A DNA stretch of 64,000 nucleotides from Bacilli bacterium (GCA_028691515.1 JAQUZE010000003.1:64399-128398); one strand, 5' to 3'; positions 30,162 to 41,565 are shown, counted from the first letter of the stretch. Notes: generated by a model not told the origin, from the letters alone. Numbers and translations: made by a program.

Positions 30162-31475
30162 CTATAAAACACCTAAATTTGGTAATCTAATAAATCTTGG
30201 CCCAGAATATCCCAATTTTGAAGTTACTTCTTTACTAATTTTTATATCAGCCAATGCCTCAAATAAGTTTCCACTAAATGAAAACCCTGATACAGGAATC
30301 ACTTTATCTCCATCATGGTAATTTGCTAATCTAACTTCTCCACCGATATAGCTGCTATAAATATCTATTTGTATTCCTGATAAAGAAATTATTTCTAGAT
30401 ATTTCCCAGATAAAATTTCTTCTGTTGAACTTTTACCTGCTTTAACCTTTAAACTTTTTAAATTACCTGTTGGTTTAACACCTAAATATTGAGCAAATCT
30501 ATTATCACCAAAATATGAATTTAAAATTCCATCCTTAATTACTTCAACTGGTTTTAATAAAACTCCATCATTATCAAATCGATCTGCAGAATTTAGTAAA
30601 TCAAGTCCAATTGATAACTTCTCACCAGTTCCCTTTTGTACTTCATCTCCAACTTTTTTATCAGTACTTCCATTATAAACACCAGAATAAGAATAATTAC
30701 CTATTAACGAGCCACACAAACTACGAATATCTTCATCTCTAATAATAACATCTACATTGCCACTAAATGGTAATTTAGTAGCTTCATATCTTGCTTTTAC
30801 ATCATCAAGTGCTTGTATTGCATCTTTTTTAATTAATTCTAAATTGGCATTTTGATATCTAAAATATTTATATAATTCAACTTTTTGATTTACATGATCT
30901 TCAGGTTTAAATCCATCATAAGAAGGAATTGCTTCAACTTCTAAACTATAAGTATTTTTCTTATAATCAATACCTGTAGAAGTAACTACACGAATTATTG
31001 CTTCTTTATAAAAAACTTCTAATGAATTAAATTTTTGATTTGGTTTAGAAACAGAAATAAATGTTTTTGCAACATCATCTAATAATTTATACGGATTATC
31101 AGTAATTTTCTTTTGTTTAAAATTATGTTTCTTTCCATCTCCAACTGGCAATTCATATGTTTTATTTTTAACAAAACTTGCTGAATACAATGCATCTTCA
31201 ATTTTTTTTGATAATTGTTTACTTGTTAGTTTATATGGAACATTAAAACTAGAAGATCCAAGGAAACTAGTAACTCCTTCTTTAAACTCTTTAAAAATAG
31301 TTACTTGATATTCAATTACTTTTGTTTCTCTTGCAGTTTCTAATTTCTGCAAAACATAGTAAGCTTCATTAGTATTATTTTCAATTTCTGTAATTTTAAA
31401 ATTATCAACATCAGAACTAGCTAAAGCTTTAATTAATTGCTTAATCATCCTATTTTCACCTCTGCTTTCAAGCAT
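30162..31475 (-). CDS. pmbA: PmbA/TldE-like metalloprotease partner
   Basis: 437 aa. TldD/PmbA family C-terminal region. Overlaps and follows tldD. Confidence 0.7.
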   Translation of the reverse strand: MLESRGENRMIKQLIKALASSDVDNFKITEIENNTNEAYYVLQKLETARETKVIEYQVTIFKEFKEGVTSFLGSSSFNVPYKLTSKQLSKKIEDALYSASFVKNKTYELPVGDGKKHNFKQKKITDNPYKLLDDVAKTFISVSKPNQKFNSLEVFYKEAIIRVVTSTGIDYKKNTYSLEVEAIPSYDGFKPEDHVNQKVELYKYFRYQNANLELIKKDAIQALDDVKARYEATKLPFSGNVDVIIRDEDIRSLCGSLIGNYSYSGVYNGSTDKKVGDEVQKGTGEKLSIGLDLLNSADRFDNDGVLLKPVEVIKDGILNSYFGDNRFAQYLGVKPTGNLKSLKVKAGKSSTEEILSGKYLEIISLSGIQIDIYSSYIGGEVRLANYHDGDKVIPVSGFSFSGNLFEALADIKISKEVTSKLGYSGPRFIRLPNLGVL

Positions 31476-32848
31476 GGACCGCCATCACTTACACGTACCC
31501 ATTCTTTATAACCTTTTCCACATTGTCCAGAACCACTAATTACCATATCTTTAGATATTCCACTAATAGACATTAATAAATCTATTACATATCCACTCAT
31601 TACTACTGGTGACACAATTTTACCAGTAAACTTACCGTTTTTAATTTCTCTACCAACATGAGCAGAACATTGAATCCCCCAATTCTTCGGATCTTCCATG
31701 CCATTACTAGTTTGACTAATATAATATCCATAATCAACACTTTTAATTAACTCTTTTAAAGTTGATTCTCCAGCTTCAAAGAAAGTATTAGTCATTCTTG
31801 AATAAGACTTATGATTAAATGCTTGTCTTCTTCCATTTCCAGTTGGCTTTGTACCAAGTTGCAAAGCACTAGTAACATCAGAAATACCTCTTTTTAAAAT
31901 ACCATTTTCAATAATTAATGTATCTTGAGCTAATACGCCATCATCATCAAAAAAATAACTTGCTACACTATTAAAAGCTGCAGCTCCGTCATGCATATTA
32001 ACTAATTTTGAAGCAACAGGTTTATTAATATATTCTTGAGCAATAGCTCTATCTTTTACAAATTGGTCCATTTCTACTCCATGACCAAATGCTTCATGAG
32101 CAATTAATCCAGTAATAGATGGATCAGTAACAATTGTATAAACGCCCGGTTTAATAAGTTCAGCATTAAGTAACTCAATTGCAAGCTTTCTTACTTCAAC
32201 GATTTTCTTCGGCATTTTTTTCATAACATAAGCAAGTGAGTTAGTATCAACTCCATCATATGCATATTTCATATTACTTCCTTCACCAACTAAAACCATC
32301 GCACCGCCATTTGAATAATTGTAATACTGCTCTAAATCTTTATTTTTTGATAAAAATAATTTTGAAACTTCTTGAACTGAAACCATAACATTTACATTAA
32401 TTACTTTTTCTGCTCTTAAATTTTCATTTACAAGTTCTTGTAATAAAGAAATTATCTCTTCTGTTTGATATTTCTTACCAACATTTTTACGAACAAATGA
32501 CTTTGTTATTTCTTCTTCATTAATAACTCCAATTTGTATTTGTTTATTTGTTGTTTTATTATTTACTAATTTACCAACTTCTTCAATAATCTTATCAATA
32601 TCTTTACGATCTATTTTATTAGTAGCATATTCAAAATACATTCCTTTATCATATACTTTAATAACAAAACCACATTCTGCAGATCTACCATCACCAACTG
32701 ATGTTGATGAACGATTAACTGTATATAATTTCCCAAAAACATCAGTTGCTAAAATACTGACATATTCATATTGTTCTAAAAGTTTATCTAGCAATTCTTT
32801 TAAAAGCGGTTTTTTCTTTTTTAAATATTTTGAAAATTTATTTTCCAT
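31445..32848 (-). CDS. tldD: TldD family metalloprotease
   Basis: 467 aa. HEAFGHGVE zinc-binding motif. Confidence 0.8.
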   Translation of the reverse strand: MENKFSKYLKKKKPLLKELLDKLLEQYEYVSILATDVFGKLYTVNRSSTSVGDGRSAECGFVIKVYDKGMYFEYATNKIDRKDIDKIIEEVGKLVNNKTTNKQIQIGVINEEEITKSFVRKNVGKKYQTEEIISLLQELVNENLRAEKVINVNVMVSVQEVSKLFLSKNKDLEQYYNYSNGGAMVLVGEGSNMKYAYDGVDTNSLAYVMKKMPKKIVEVRKLAIELLNAELIKPGVYTIVTDPSITGLIAHEAFGHGVEMDQFVKDRAIAQEYINKPVASKLVNMHDGAAAFNSVASYFFDDDGVLAQDTLIIENGILKRGISDVTSALQLGTKPTGNGRRQAFNHKSYSRMTNTFFEAGESTLKELIKSVDYGYYISQTSNGMEDPKNWGIQCSAHVGREIKNGKFTGKIVSPVVMSGYVIDLLMSISGISKDMVISGSGQCGKGYKEWVRVSDGGPCLKAEVKIG

Positions 32849-32938
32849 TATTTATCCTCCAACTCTCTTTATTATAGTCCTAAATGATTAACATTTAAAG
32901 GTTTTTATTTATCTATATAAAAATACATTTTATAAATA

Positions 32939-34255
32939 TTAATTATTTGTTACATAGAATTCATCATAAAGCACTTTAATTGTTTTTTCATAATCCTTAA
33001 CGCCAACACCAATTATAATACTAATTTCTTTTGATGCTTGAGCAATAACTTTAATATTAATATTATTATTTCCTAATGTTGAAAAAATACGACCGGAAAC
33101 TCCGGGAATTGATGACATATTTCTCCCAACAATAGCAACTAAAGCAATATCATCTTCCGATGATATGTCAATAACACCATTAATATTCCTAATATCATTC
33201 ATTAAATCAAAATACACTTTTTTTAACTCATTCGTTTTTGTAAGAATATTAAAAGTATCAATACCAGTTGGTATAAGTTCAACCTTAAGTTTATATTTAA
33301 TATATAAATTTAACACCTCAACTAAGATACTTGCAAAAGGTTTATCACTATCTTTTAAAATAGTAAGTGAAGTAAAATCTTTAGAACCTGATAGTCCAGT
33401 AATTATTCCTCCATTACCTCCTATCTCTTTAGAAATTACAGTCCCATAATCTTCTGGTCTATTTGTATTCTTTATATGAATTGATATATTAGTTTGTTCA
33501 AGTGGAATAATTGATTCTTGTTGAATAATATTTGCTCCTCGATAAGATAATTCCCTCAATTCATTATATGTTATCCTTTCAATCTTTTTGGGATTTATAA
33601 TAATCTTAGGATCAGCAACAAACAATCCACTTACATCAGTCCAGTTTTCATAAAAATCTAAATTTAAACATTTTGAAATAATACTTCCAGTAAAATCTGA
33701 ACCTCCTCTACTAAATACTCTAACTTGTCTTTCGGGAGTTGATGCATAAAATCCCGGTATTACATAAAATAAATCTTCTCTAATCATACTATTAAGTAGT
33801 TTCTTTGTTTTTTCATAATTAACAGAACCATCAAAATTTAAGCGAATAACATCAATTGCATCAACAAATTTAAATCCTAAATACTCACTTAATATAATAG
33901 CATTAAAATACTCACCCCTGCTTGCTATATAATCTTTACTTAAAACTTTTGATATTGATTTTTTAAACAAATTAAATTTTTCATAAAATATACTTTCTAT
34001 ATTTAATTCTTTAATTATAGAATTATATCTTTCATAAATTTCATTAAGTAAATAATCATAATTAATATCATATTCTATATGCGCATTTAAAAGTAATAAT
34101 AAATCTGTAATTCTAGTTTTATTTTCTTCGTCCTTACCCGGTGCACTAGCAACAATAATTTGTCTATCCTTATTACTATATATAATTTTTTTAACTTGCT
34201 TAAATTGTTTAGCAGAAGCTAAACTACTTCCTCCAAATTTAGATAGAATTCTCAT
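32939..34255 (-). CDS. lysC: Aspartate kinase with C-terminal ACT domains
   Basis: ILSKFGGSSLAS N-terminal kinase motif. Confidence 0.9.
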   Translation of the reverse strand: MRILSKFGGSSLASAKQFKQVKKIIYSNKDRQIIVASAPGKDEENKTRITDLLLLLNAHIEYDINYDYLLNEIYERYNSIIKELNIESIFYEKFNLFKKSISKVLSKDYIASRGEYFNAIILSEYLGFKFVDAIDVIRLNFDGSVNYEKTKKLLNSMIREDLFYVIPGFYASTPERQVRVFSRGGSDFTGSIISKCLNLDFYENWTDVSGLFVADPKIIINPKKIERITYNELRELSYRGANIIQQESIIPLEQTNISIHIKNTNRPEDYGTVISKEIGGNGGIITGLSGSKDFTSLTILKDSDKPFASILVEVLNLYIKYKLKVELIPTGIDTFNILTKTNELKKVYFDLMNDIRNINGVIDISSEDDIALVAIVGRNMSSIPGVSGRIFSTLGNNNINIKVIAQASKEISIIIGVGVKDYEKTIKVLYDEFYVTNN

Positions 34256-35291
34256 AATCCATTATTCCTTTCATAATTTGCACTGTATTAGATGCTGCGC
34301 CTTTTCTAATATTATCTGAAACAACGTATAACAAAACTGCTTTTTTATTAACTTTATCTTTTCTTATTCTTCCAACAAATATATTATCATTCCCATTAGC
34401 TTGTATTGAAGTTGGATAAATATTATTCTCTGGTTCATCCAAAACTACTATACCTTTTGTACTTTTCATAATATTTCTAATAGCATCAACAGTAAAATCA
34501 TTTTTTAAAACAACTCTTATACTAACAGCGTGAGAATTAAGTACCGGAACCCTAACACATGTTGCTGATATTAAGATATTATCGTTATGAAGTATTTTCC
34601 TTGTTTCGTTCATCATTTTATGTTCTTCTTTTGTATAACCATCTTCCATAAACATATCAATATGTGGTATACAAGTTTCTTTAATATCATATGGAAAATG
34701 TTTTTCAAATTTACCATTTGAAGAGACAAGATCATTTATACCTTTAATACCAGCTCCACTAACAGCTTGATATGTATTATACTCAATACTTTCAATACCA
34801 AAGTTATTATCTAACACATATAACGGAACAACACATTGAATAGTTGAACAATTAGGATTAGCAATTAAATTTTTTTGATAAGCATCACTCATATTTACTT
34901 CTGGAACGACTAATGGAACATTTTCATCCATTCGAAAAGCACTAGAATTATCGATTACTATAGCTCCTTCTGAAACAGCTTGCTTTGCATATTGTTTACT
35001 AACAGCACCGCCTGCACTAAAAAGCACAAAATCAATATTCTTAAAACAACCATCTTCTAGTATATTTAATGAATATTCTTTATTTTTAAAAGTAATTTTT
35101 TTCCCTTTTGATTTTAGAGAAGCAAAAAGTTTTATATTATTAAAGCTTATATTATATTCATCAATAATTTTTAAAAATGTAGAGCCAACTAATCCTGTTG
35201 CTCCAACAATTGCAATATTATAATTTTTCATATAATCCCTCTTCAATACGCGAAAAGAATATAATGTCTTTCTTTCTTTGTAATTCTCCAT
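34239..35291 (-). CDS. asd: Aspartate-semialdehyde dehydrogenase
   Basis: NIAIVGATGLVG NADP motif and catalytic Cys region (NPNCSTIQ). Real start probably MKNYNIA. Confidence 0.9.
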   Translation of the reverse strand: MENYKERKTLYSFRVLKRDYMKNYNIAIVGATGLVGSTFLKIIDEYNISFNNIKLFASLKSKGKKITFKNKEYSLNILEDGCFKNIDFVLFSAGGAVSKQYAKQAVSEGAIVIDNSSAFRMDENVPLVVPEVNMSDAYQKNLIANPNCSTIQCVVPLYVLDNNFGIESIEYNTYQAVSGAGIKGINDLVSSNGKFEKHFPYDIKETCIPHIDMFMEDGYTKEEHKMMNETRKILHNDNILISATCVRVPVLNSHAVSIRVVLKNDFTVDAIRNIMKSTKGIVVLDEPENNIYPTSIQANGNDNIFVGRIRKDKVNKKAVLLYVVSDNIRKGAASNTVQIMKGIMDYENSI

Positions 35292-36321
35292 ATGTCATAA
35301 GTTTAGATTTATATATTTTATCAAAAGTTTGTATTAAAAAATGATATCTTTCGTCATTATTATTTACTTGATATATTTTATTAAACTCAAAACATTCATT
35401 TGCTATACTTTTTATTGTTAATAAATCATATATAACAGCTGAAGCTGTTGGATATCTTCCTGCACCTTGCCCAACAAATGATTGTTTCAAATGATATTTC
35501 CCAAAAATATTTACAATATTTTCTTCATAATTTATATTTGCAAAAATGGATTGACTACCAATTACTAATGGTTCAACCTTTATTGATAAACGATTATTTC
35601 TCACTTCAGACTGGGCAATATACTTAATAAAACATCCCTTATCTTTTACATAATTAATAAATTTTTCATTAAGTGATAATAGTGAAATTCTTAATATATC
35701 TTCTTCTTTCAAAAATGTTTTATAAGAAAGCATAGAAAGAATATTAACTTTCCTCAAAGAATCTAATCCGTTCATATCATCATCAGACCCTGTTTCTAAA
35801 TACCCAAGTTTATATGCGTTTGATATTGCTTCTTTTAATTCAACACCTTCTAAAAACACCTTACTTAGTATATAGTTTGTTGAACCATTTAAAATTCCCT
35901 CAATTTTATTAATTTGATTAATTTCTCTAATCTTCTTTAATGGATCAATTAAAATCACTGCACCAGCAACACTTGCTTCATATAATAGCTTTACATTGTA
36001 CTTTTTAGCTAGCTCATTTAGTTCCTTAAATCTTTCACTAATTAATGCTTTATTTGCAGTAACTACATTTTTATGGTTTTTTATAGCTTTAACAATAAAA
36101 TCATATGCTACATTCTTACCGCCAATTAATTCAATAACAACTTCCACTTCTCTATCATTAATTATTTGTTCATATGATTCAGCAAGTAAATGTTTCACAT
36201 CCTTTGTTTTATTATCATCTTTATCAAAAATATATTTTACAGTAATATCCTTAAAGTCATTTGCAAGAATATCGTAAACACCTCTACCAACTACACCCAA
36301 TCCTAAAATTGCAACTTTCAC
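35218..36321 (-). CDS. hom: Homoserine dehydrogenase
   Basis: MKVAILGLGVVGRGV Rossmann motif and family length. Confidence 0.85.
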   Translation of the reverse strand: MKVAILGLGVVGRGVYDILANDFKDITVKYIFDKDDNKTKDVKHLLAESYEQIINDREVEVVIELIGGKNVAYDFIVKAIKNHKNVVTANKALISERFKELNELAKKYNVKLLYEASVAGAVILIDPLKKIREINQINKIEGILNGSTNYILSKVFLEGVELKEAISNAYKLGYLETGSDDDMNGLDSLRKVNILSMLSYKTFLKEEDILRISLLSLNEKFINYVKDKGCFIKYIAQSEVRNNRLSIKVEPLVIGSQSIFANINYEENIVNIFGKYHLKQSFVGQGAGRYPTASAVIYDLLTIKSIANECFEFNKIYQVNNNDERYHFLIQTFDKIYKSKLMTYGELQRKKDIIFFSRIEEGLYEKL

Positions 36322-37196
36322 TCTATCACCTCGATTTTAGTCCCCTCACTAATATCAACTTTAATAAGCTTAAAAACATTTCTTAAGATCTCAGGTATTT
36401 CAATTGTTTCTAAATCAGAAATTAATAAAACTGATGTCCCCGAACCACTAATAGATACAATTATATCTTCTCTTGTAGATAATTGTTTTATCTCATTATA
36501 TAAGGGAATATACGGATATCTATACTTTTCATGTAGTTCATCTTTTAAAATATTTTTCAACAATTTAAAATCTCCTTTTTTAAAAGCATCAGGCAAAAAG
36601 ATAATTCTTGATAGATTATATATAGCATCAGTAAAATCTATTTTTTTAGGAAGAATATTTCTAAGCTCTTTTGTTTGACCTTCTTGAGGAGGAATCATTA
36701 AATAAAAATTTAAACTATTGCTTACTTCATATACTTTATGAATATATTTATCTCCACTTTTACATGAAGCATTTAAAAACCCATAAGCGCAAGCAAAAAC
36801 ATTATCACTATGACCTTCTAATTCACAAGCAAAATTAACACATTCATCCAATGATTTATGAAGTTTATTAATTTCATTTGCTGCAAGTATACCAGATAAA
36901 ATACAACTGGCACTACTTCCAAGGCCTCTAGATACTGGTATATTATTTTCCTCCAAAGTAATTTCAACATTTTTAATTTCTTTTTCTTCTAGATACTTTA
37001 AAGCAAAAGCAATATATGCTTTTAAAACAAGATTAGAATTAACCGAAAATGAACTTTTAAATCCCTTAACCACATTTTTCTTATGCTCTTTAAATGAAAA
37101 TACATTATATATATTTAGTGCTATTCCAACAGTATCAAACCCTACACTCAAATTTGAAGTTGTTGCTGGTGTCTTAATCTTGATCATCAATATCAC
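36318..37196 (-). CDS. thrB: Homoserine kinase (GHMP kinase)
   Basis: PVSRGLGSSAS GHMP motif. Confidence 0.85.
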   Translation of the reverse strand: MILMIKIKTPATTSNLSVGFDTVGIALNIYNVFSFKEHKKNVVKGFKSSFSVNSNLVLKAYIAFALKYLEEKEIKNVEITLEENNIPVSRGLGSSASCILSGILAANEINKLHKSLDECVNFACELEGHSDNVFACAYGFLNASCKSGDKYIHKVYEVSNSLNFYLMIPPQEGQTKELRNILPKKIDFTDAIYNLSRIIFLPDAFKKGDFKLLKNILKDELHEKYRYPYIPLYNEIKQLSTREDIIVSISGSGTSVLLISDLETIEIPEILRNVFKLIKVDISEGTKIEVIE

Positions 37197-38625
37197 CTAT
37201 TACTTTCTTAACATATGAAAAAGTTTCACTTGTAGACAAATCACTTGCTTTAACTTTTGCATTTAAAACTTTTTCAATACGACTATCAAAATTTTCTATA
37301 CTTATTGTTTTTAATAAATTAATTTGTTCTTGTAATCCTTTAGTTGTATATAAACCTAACGCATTTAATACAGACTCACTAAATTTATAAGGTGAAGCGG
37401 TTGATAATATTACATTGTATGAATTATCTTTATTTTCCTTTTTATACTGCACATTACAATAATATCCAACAGCAGTATGAGGATCTATCACATAACCAAA
37501 TGTATCATAAAATATTTTTATAAAGTCTTTAGTGTTTTCTTCTGATGCAAAATAAGCATTAAAAGTAACTTCTTGTTCTAATTCACTAATATATATAATT
37601 TGCTTTTCCTTTAAATCATTCATATAATTATTTATCTTTTTTTCATCTTTAATAATACTATATAAATATCTCTCAAAATTACTCGATACTAAAATATCCA
37701 TTGAGGGAGAAATAGTTTTTACTAATTCTCTATTAATATTATATTTATAATCATTAAATATTTCTGTTAATACGTTATTTGAATTTGAAGCTATTATCAA
37801 CTTATTAACTGGTAACCCCATTTGTTTTGCTATATATGAGGCATAAATATTCCCAAAATTTCCACTTGGAACAGTAAAATTAATCTTATCATTAAATTTT
37901 ATCTTGTTACTTCTAACTAGCTTAAAATAGGTATAAAAATAATACACTATTTGAGGAATAATTCGCCCTATATTAATAGAGTTTGCTGAACTTAAAATAG
38001 ACTTTTTAACTTTTACTTTTTGAAATATTTCTTTTACAATACGTTGGCACTCATCAAAATTACCATCAACAGCTATAAGAATACAATTATCTTTTGCATA
38101 ACTATTCATTTGTAATTTTTGAAATTCACTAACACCATTCTTTGGATATAAAACAATAACAAAAGTATTTTCTATTTTACCAAAACCACTCAAAGCTGCA
38201 CTTCCAGTATCACCACTTGTAGCAGTTAGAATAATTGTCTTATTATTTATATTATTTATTTTCTTTGCTTCACTAAATATTTTTGGAAGTATTGACAACG
38301 CCATATCCTTAAAAGCAAAAGTCTCTCCATTAAAAAGTTCAAGCAAAGAAAAATCATCAAAATGTTTAAGATTAACTTGATTAGGTAAAAAACTTTCATC
38401 ATAACAATTTTTGATTATTTCTTTAATTACTTCTTTTGAGTAATCATCTAAAAACTGTTCAAAAATCACTTCAGACAATTCATTGTAAGTATAGTTTAGT
38501 AATTTTTTACTAAAAAATTGTGAATTAATATTTTCACATACATATAATCCGCCATCTAAAGCTAATCCATTTAAAATAGCTTTCGATGCAGATATATTTA
38601 CTTTATTCCTTGTTGAAGTATACAT
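37174..38625 (-). CDS. thrC: Threonine synthase (long form)
   Basis: 483 aa. PLP Lys motif FAFKD and TSGDTGSAA. Confidence 0.85.
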   Translation of the reverse strand: MYTSTRNKVNISASKAILNGLALDGGLYVCENINSQFFSKKLLNYTYNELSEVIFEQFLDDYSKEVIKEIIKNCYDESFLPNQVNLKHFDDFSLLELFNGETFAFKDMALSILPKIFSEAKKINNINNKTIILTATSGDTGSAALSGFGKIENTFVIVLYPKNGVSEFQKLQMNSYAKDNCILIAVDGNFDECQRIVKEIFQKVKVKKSILSSANSINIGRIIPQIVYYFYTYFKLVRSNKIKFNDKINFTVPSGNFGNIYASYIAKQMGLPVNKLIIASNSNNVLTEIFNDYKYNINRELVKTISPSMDILVSSNFERYLYSIIKDEKKINNYMNDLKEKQIIYISELEQEVTFNAYFASEENTKDFIKIFYDTFGYVIDPHTAVGYYCNVQYKKENKDNSYNVILSTASPYKFSESVLNALGLYTTKGLQEQINLLKTISIENFDSRIEKVLNAKVKASDLSTSETFSYVKKVIGDIDDQD

Positions 38626-38834
38626 AAATATTAATTCCTTTCAATAATTTTAAAACTATAATCAATCTATATCTTATAAACTTATAATTTTAACTATAAA
38701 TACATTTTTTATATAAATAAAATTGTTTAAAATCATTATCACTTAATTATTTCTATTTTACATTATATACCTTATATTTACAAGAACAATAGCCTTTCTA
38801 TATAACAATAGATATTTTATAAACAACTCTTTTT

Positions 38835-38872
38835 AAAAAAAAGCTCACCGAAAATTTTACTTTTCAGAGAGC
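38835..38872 (-). terminator. Hairpin plus T-run (minus strand) downstream of the cupin gene
   Basis: aaaaaaaagctcaccgaaaattttacttttcagagagc. Confidence 0.4.
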
Positions 38873-38888
38873 ATTTATATTAATAAAA

Positions 38889-39224
38889 TTATTTATTATT
38901 TAATTTATAATAATCTCCAGGAGCTGGTGTCTTAAATATAATAATTTCTAACATCTCTTGGTTTTCATTTCGTACATTCATTTTAGTATTAAACGGAATA
39001 CTTAAGACCTTCATTGGTGAATAAGTTCTTGTTTCTTCATCATTTAATGAAATTGAAAGAGTCCCTTTTAAAACTGTCATATACACATTTGCATTAGATT
39101 GGTGAAGAGGTAACCCCTCATTTTGCGGAAGAATCGCATGCATATAATGTAAATGTTCATTAACAATAACTTTTTCTATAACTTTATCATCAGTTTGTTT
39201 TAATTCAAATATTTTTTCAATCAT
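38889..39224 (-). CDS. Cupin-domain protein
   Basis: 111 aa. Cupin_2-like His motifs (HLHYMHAI...YMTVLKGTL). Confidence 0.55.
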   Translation of the reverse strand: MIEKIFELKQTDDKVIEKVIVNEHLHYMHAILPQNEGLPLHQSNANVYMTVLKGTLSISLNDEETRTYSPMKVLSIPFNTKMNVRNENQEMLEIIIFKTPAPGDYYKLNNK

Positions 39225-39468
39225 TTTTTTCTCCTTATTATTTAAATTTTTTCTTCATATTCAATTAATAATTGTTTTATAAAAAATAATTAAATATCAA
39301 TATATTTATATTAAAACAATTTATATTATGAGTATTAAAGAAAATATATTATATCACTATTTTGATTACAAATGAAATATTGTGCTTACTAATTATTGTA
39401 TGCTATTTTTATAAATCAATAATACCTAAAAATATTATTTAAACATATTAATTCAATTTTTATAACAT

Positions 39469-40371
39469 TTAAAAATTTAACATAATATTAATATCTGCCT
39501 TTTTAGGCTCAATAAAATTTTCAGCATTTTTTAATCTTTCATTCAAATTTGGAATAAACTCTTTATGTTCATCTAAAATATGATTAATTCTATATTTAAT
39601 ATTCACAATTCTATTTTTTTTCACAGAATAACCAACTGGTACAAAAAATAAATAATCTTTACTAACACCAAATTTACAATCTGTTCCAATGATAAAATAA
39701 AATAAATTCTTACAAATATATGTATTTTCTTCGCTATTTTTTTGCTTTAATTTATTTAAATCACTAAGTTTACTTGTTGAACTAACAAATGTAATAAACT
39801 CATCATTTGCAAACTTTTCTCTCATCTCTAGTAACGACAATGGTTTTTTGTTAATATCAACAAATAATCCATCACTTGTTAGATCTAACATAATCCACTT
39901 GTTTAACTTTTCATCATAAATTTCATTCACTACATGATTGTCAAAATCATAAGGTGAAAAAGGTAAAATTGATACTCTTCTTGCATAAATCCCTAAAGCT
40001 AAACAGCATTCCTCAAAAATTTTTGCTTTATTCAAACAATTAATACCTTGATTATCATTATTTAAACTATATTCTAATAATTTCAAAGAATTACATTCAA
40101 TATGATTATCATACCATGAAGAATGTTTTAATTTTGGAGCTAAATAGTGAAGTAATCTTTTGGCTCTTGTAAAACTAGAACCTTTTCCAGCAATTTTTTC
40201 AAATTCATATTTTTCTAATAATTCTTTATACTCAGGACAATCAAAATGATATTTAATGGGAATATTAATTTCATTGTCAAACTTTTGATTATTAAAAAGT
40301 ATTCCCTTATATAATAAAAATCTTTCTTCAATTGATAATTTTTCAGTTTTTGTCATAAAATAATCCTCCAA
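39469..40371 (-). CDS. Transglutaminase-like cysteine-peptidase superfamily protein
   Basis: Cys-His-Asp triad in conserved context: GINCLNKAKIFEECCLALGIYARRVSI ... DNHVVNEIYD ... KWIMLDLT. Confidence 0.55.
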   Translation of the reverse strand: MEDYFMTKTEKLSIEERFLLYKGILFNNQKFDNEINIPIKYHFDCPEYKELLEKYEFEKIAGKGSSFTRAKRLLHYLAPKLKHSSWYDNHIECNSLKLLEYSLNNDNQGINCLNKAKIFEECCLALGIYARRVSILPFSPYDFDNHVVNEIYDEKLNKWIMLDLTSDGLFVDINKKPLSLLEMREKFANDEFITFVSSTSKLSDLNKLKQKNSEENTYICKNLFYFIIGTDCKFGVSKDYLFFVPVGYSVKKNRIVNIKYRINHILDEHKEFIPNLNERLKNAENFIEPKKADINIMLNF

Positions 40372-40502
40372 AATTATTATTAATATATTATATCATATTA
40401 TAAAAACTCTCTTTAAGTATTATTTCAAAAGATAATTTTTACGTTTATAAGCTATAAATAATTAGTGCTATCATCATTTAACTAACATATATTTAAGCAA
40501 AT

Positions 40503-40531
40503 AAACTTTGATGTATACCAAAGTTTTTTTA
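40503..40531. terminator. Hairpin with T-run downstream of the lipoprotein gene
   Basis: aaactttgatgtataccaaagttttttt. Confidence 0.35.
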
Positions 40532-40566
40532 ATTAATAAAAAAATATAAGTCTGTTTTTCATTTTT

Positions 40567-41178
40567 TTAAAAATTTCTATATTTAAGTGTATCTGATGGC
40601 TCTTTTGAAATAAGATAAAAGTAAACTCCACTTATATATGTTCTTACTTCAACCCATGTTGTACCTTTTACTATTGTAGTGCTATCATTATCATTTGTTT
40701 TTATAAAAAATATATCTGCTATATTAAATTCTTGGTTCTCTATATTTATATTAGAAATTTGTAAAGTAACATATAAGAAGCCTTCAGCTTCTTCTATTTT
40801 ATTAAAATCTTCTCTCTTATAATTTATATCATTAATTGTAATAGAATCAAATGTTCTTCCATTATTTTCTTTTACTTTAAATTCTACTAGACAATTTGCT
40901 GTTTCTTCAACAGTTGTTGTGTAATATAACCACAAAGGTTGTGGAGAGTTAACTTTTTCTAATCCAAGATTAATAGGCCCATAAAAAGCAGAATAACCTT
41001 CAAAATAATTTGGAGAACGAGATTCTTCAATTTCTACATCAAGCTCTACATCGCTTTCAGCGTAATAAATTTTAATATCTTGTAATTGTCCATTAACAAT
41101 TCCATCATTATAATTATAGCAACCACTTAAAAAGAAATTGATAAACAAAAATAAAAATAACATTAATACTTTTTTCAT
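40567..41178 (-). CDS. Lipoprotein of unknown function
   Basis: Signal peptide with lipobox LSGC. 203 aa. Confidence 0.5.
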   Translation of the reverse strand: MKKVLMLFLFLFINFFLSGCYNYNDGIVNGQLQDIKIYYAESDVELDVEIEESRSPNYFEGYSAFYGPINLGLEKVNSPQPLWLYYTTTVEETANCLVEFKVKENNGRTFDSITINDINYKREDFNKIEEAEGFLYVTLQISNINIENQEFNIADIFFIKTNDNDSTTIVKGTTWVEVRTYISGVYFYLISKEPSDTLKYRNF

Positions 41179-41193
41179 ATTAAATCCCCCTTA

Positions 41194-41565
41194 CTATACT
41201 GAATGATAAATTAATGGCATTAATATAAGGCCCAAAACTAAACTTGCTATATTTGCAACAAAGGAAATTAAAAATCCTAAGCGTACATTTTTTAATAAAT
41301 AAGATAAAACTATTCCCTCTATTATAAATACCAATATTTCAAAAAATCCTAAATACAATGTATCTTGTTCATAAGAAACCAGTTCTAAACTTAAATTCAT
41401 GCTTACGTTCGTGATACAGTTAGTGATAAACATCACAAGATAGATTTTATAATCTTTTATCTTAAAAAAAACTAACACAGTTAATTCAATCATTAATGTG
41501 ATAATTAAAGCAATTAAAATAGGTTGTGTAATAAATATAAAATAAATGAATTTCATTATTAACAC
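41194..41565 (-). CDS. Small polytopic membrane protein (3-4 TM), unknown function
   Basis: 123 aa hydrophobic ORF 15 nt upstream of the lipoprotein gene. Confidence 0.4.
   Translation of the reverse strand: MLIMKFIYFIFITQPILIALIITLMIELTVLVFFKIKDYKIYLVMFITNCITNVSMNLSLELVSYEQDTLYLGFFEILVFIIEGIVLSYLLKNVRLGFLISFVANIASLVLGLILMPLIYHSV

Noticed and set aside
38626-38888. T-box or lysine riboswitch in the thr/lysC operon leader
   Set aside because: The leader is extremely AT-rich and lacks the conserved GC-rich T-box sequence or lysine-riboswitch helices. Only a downstream-gene terminator hairpin was found.
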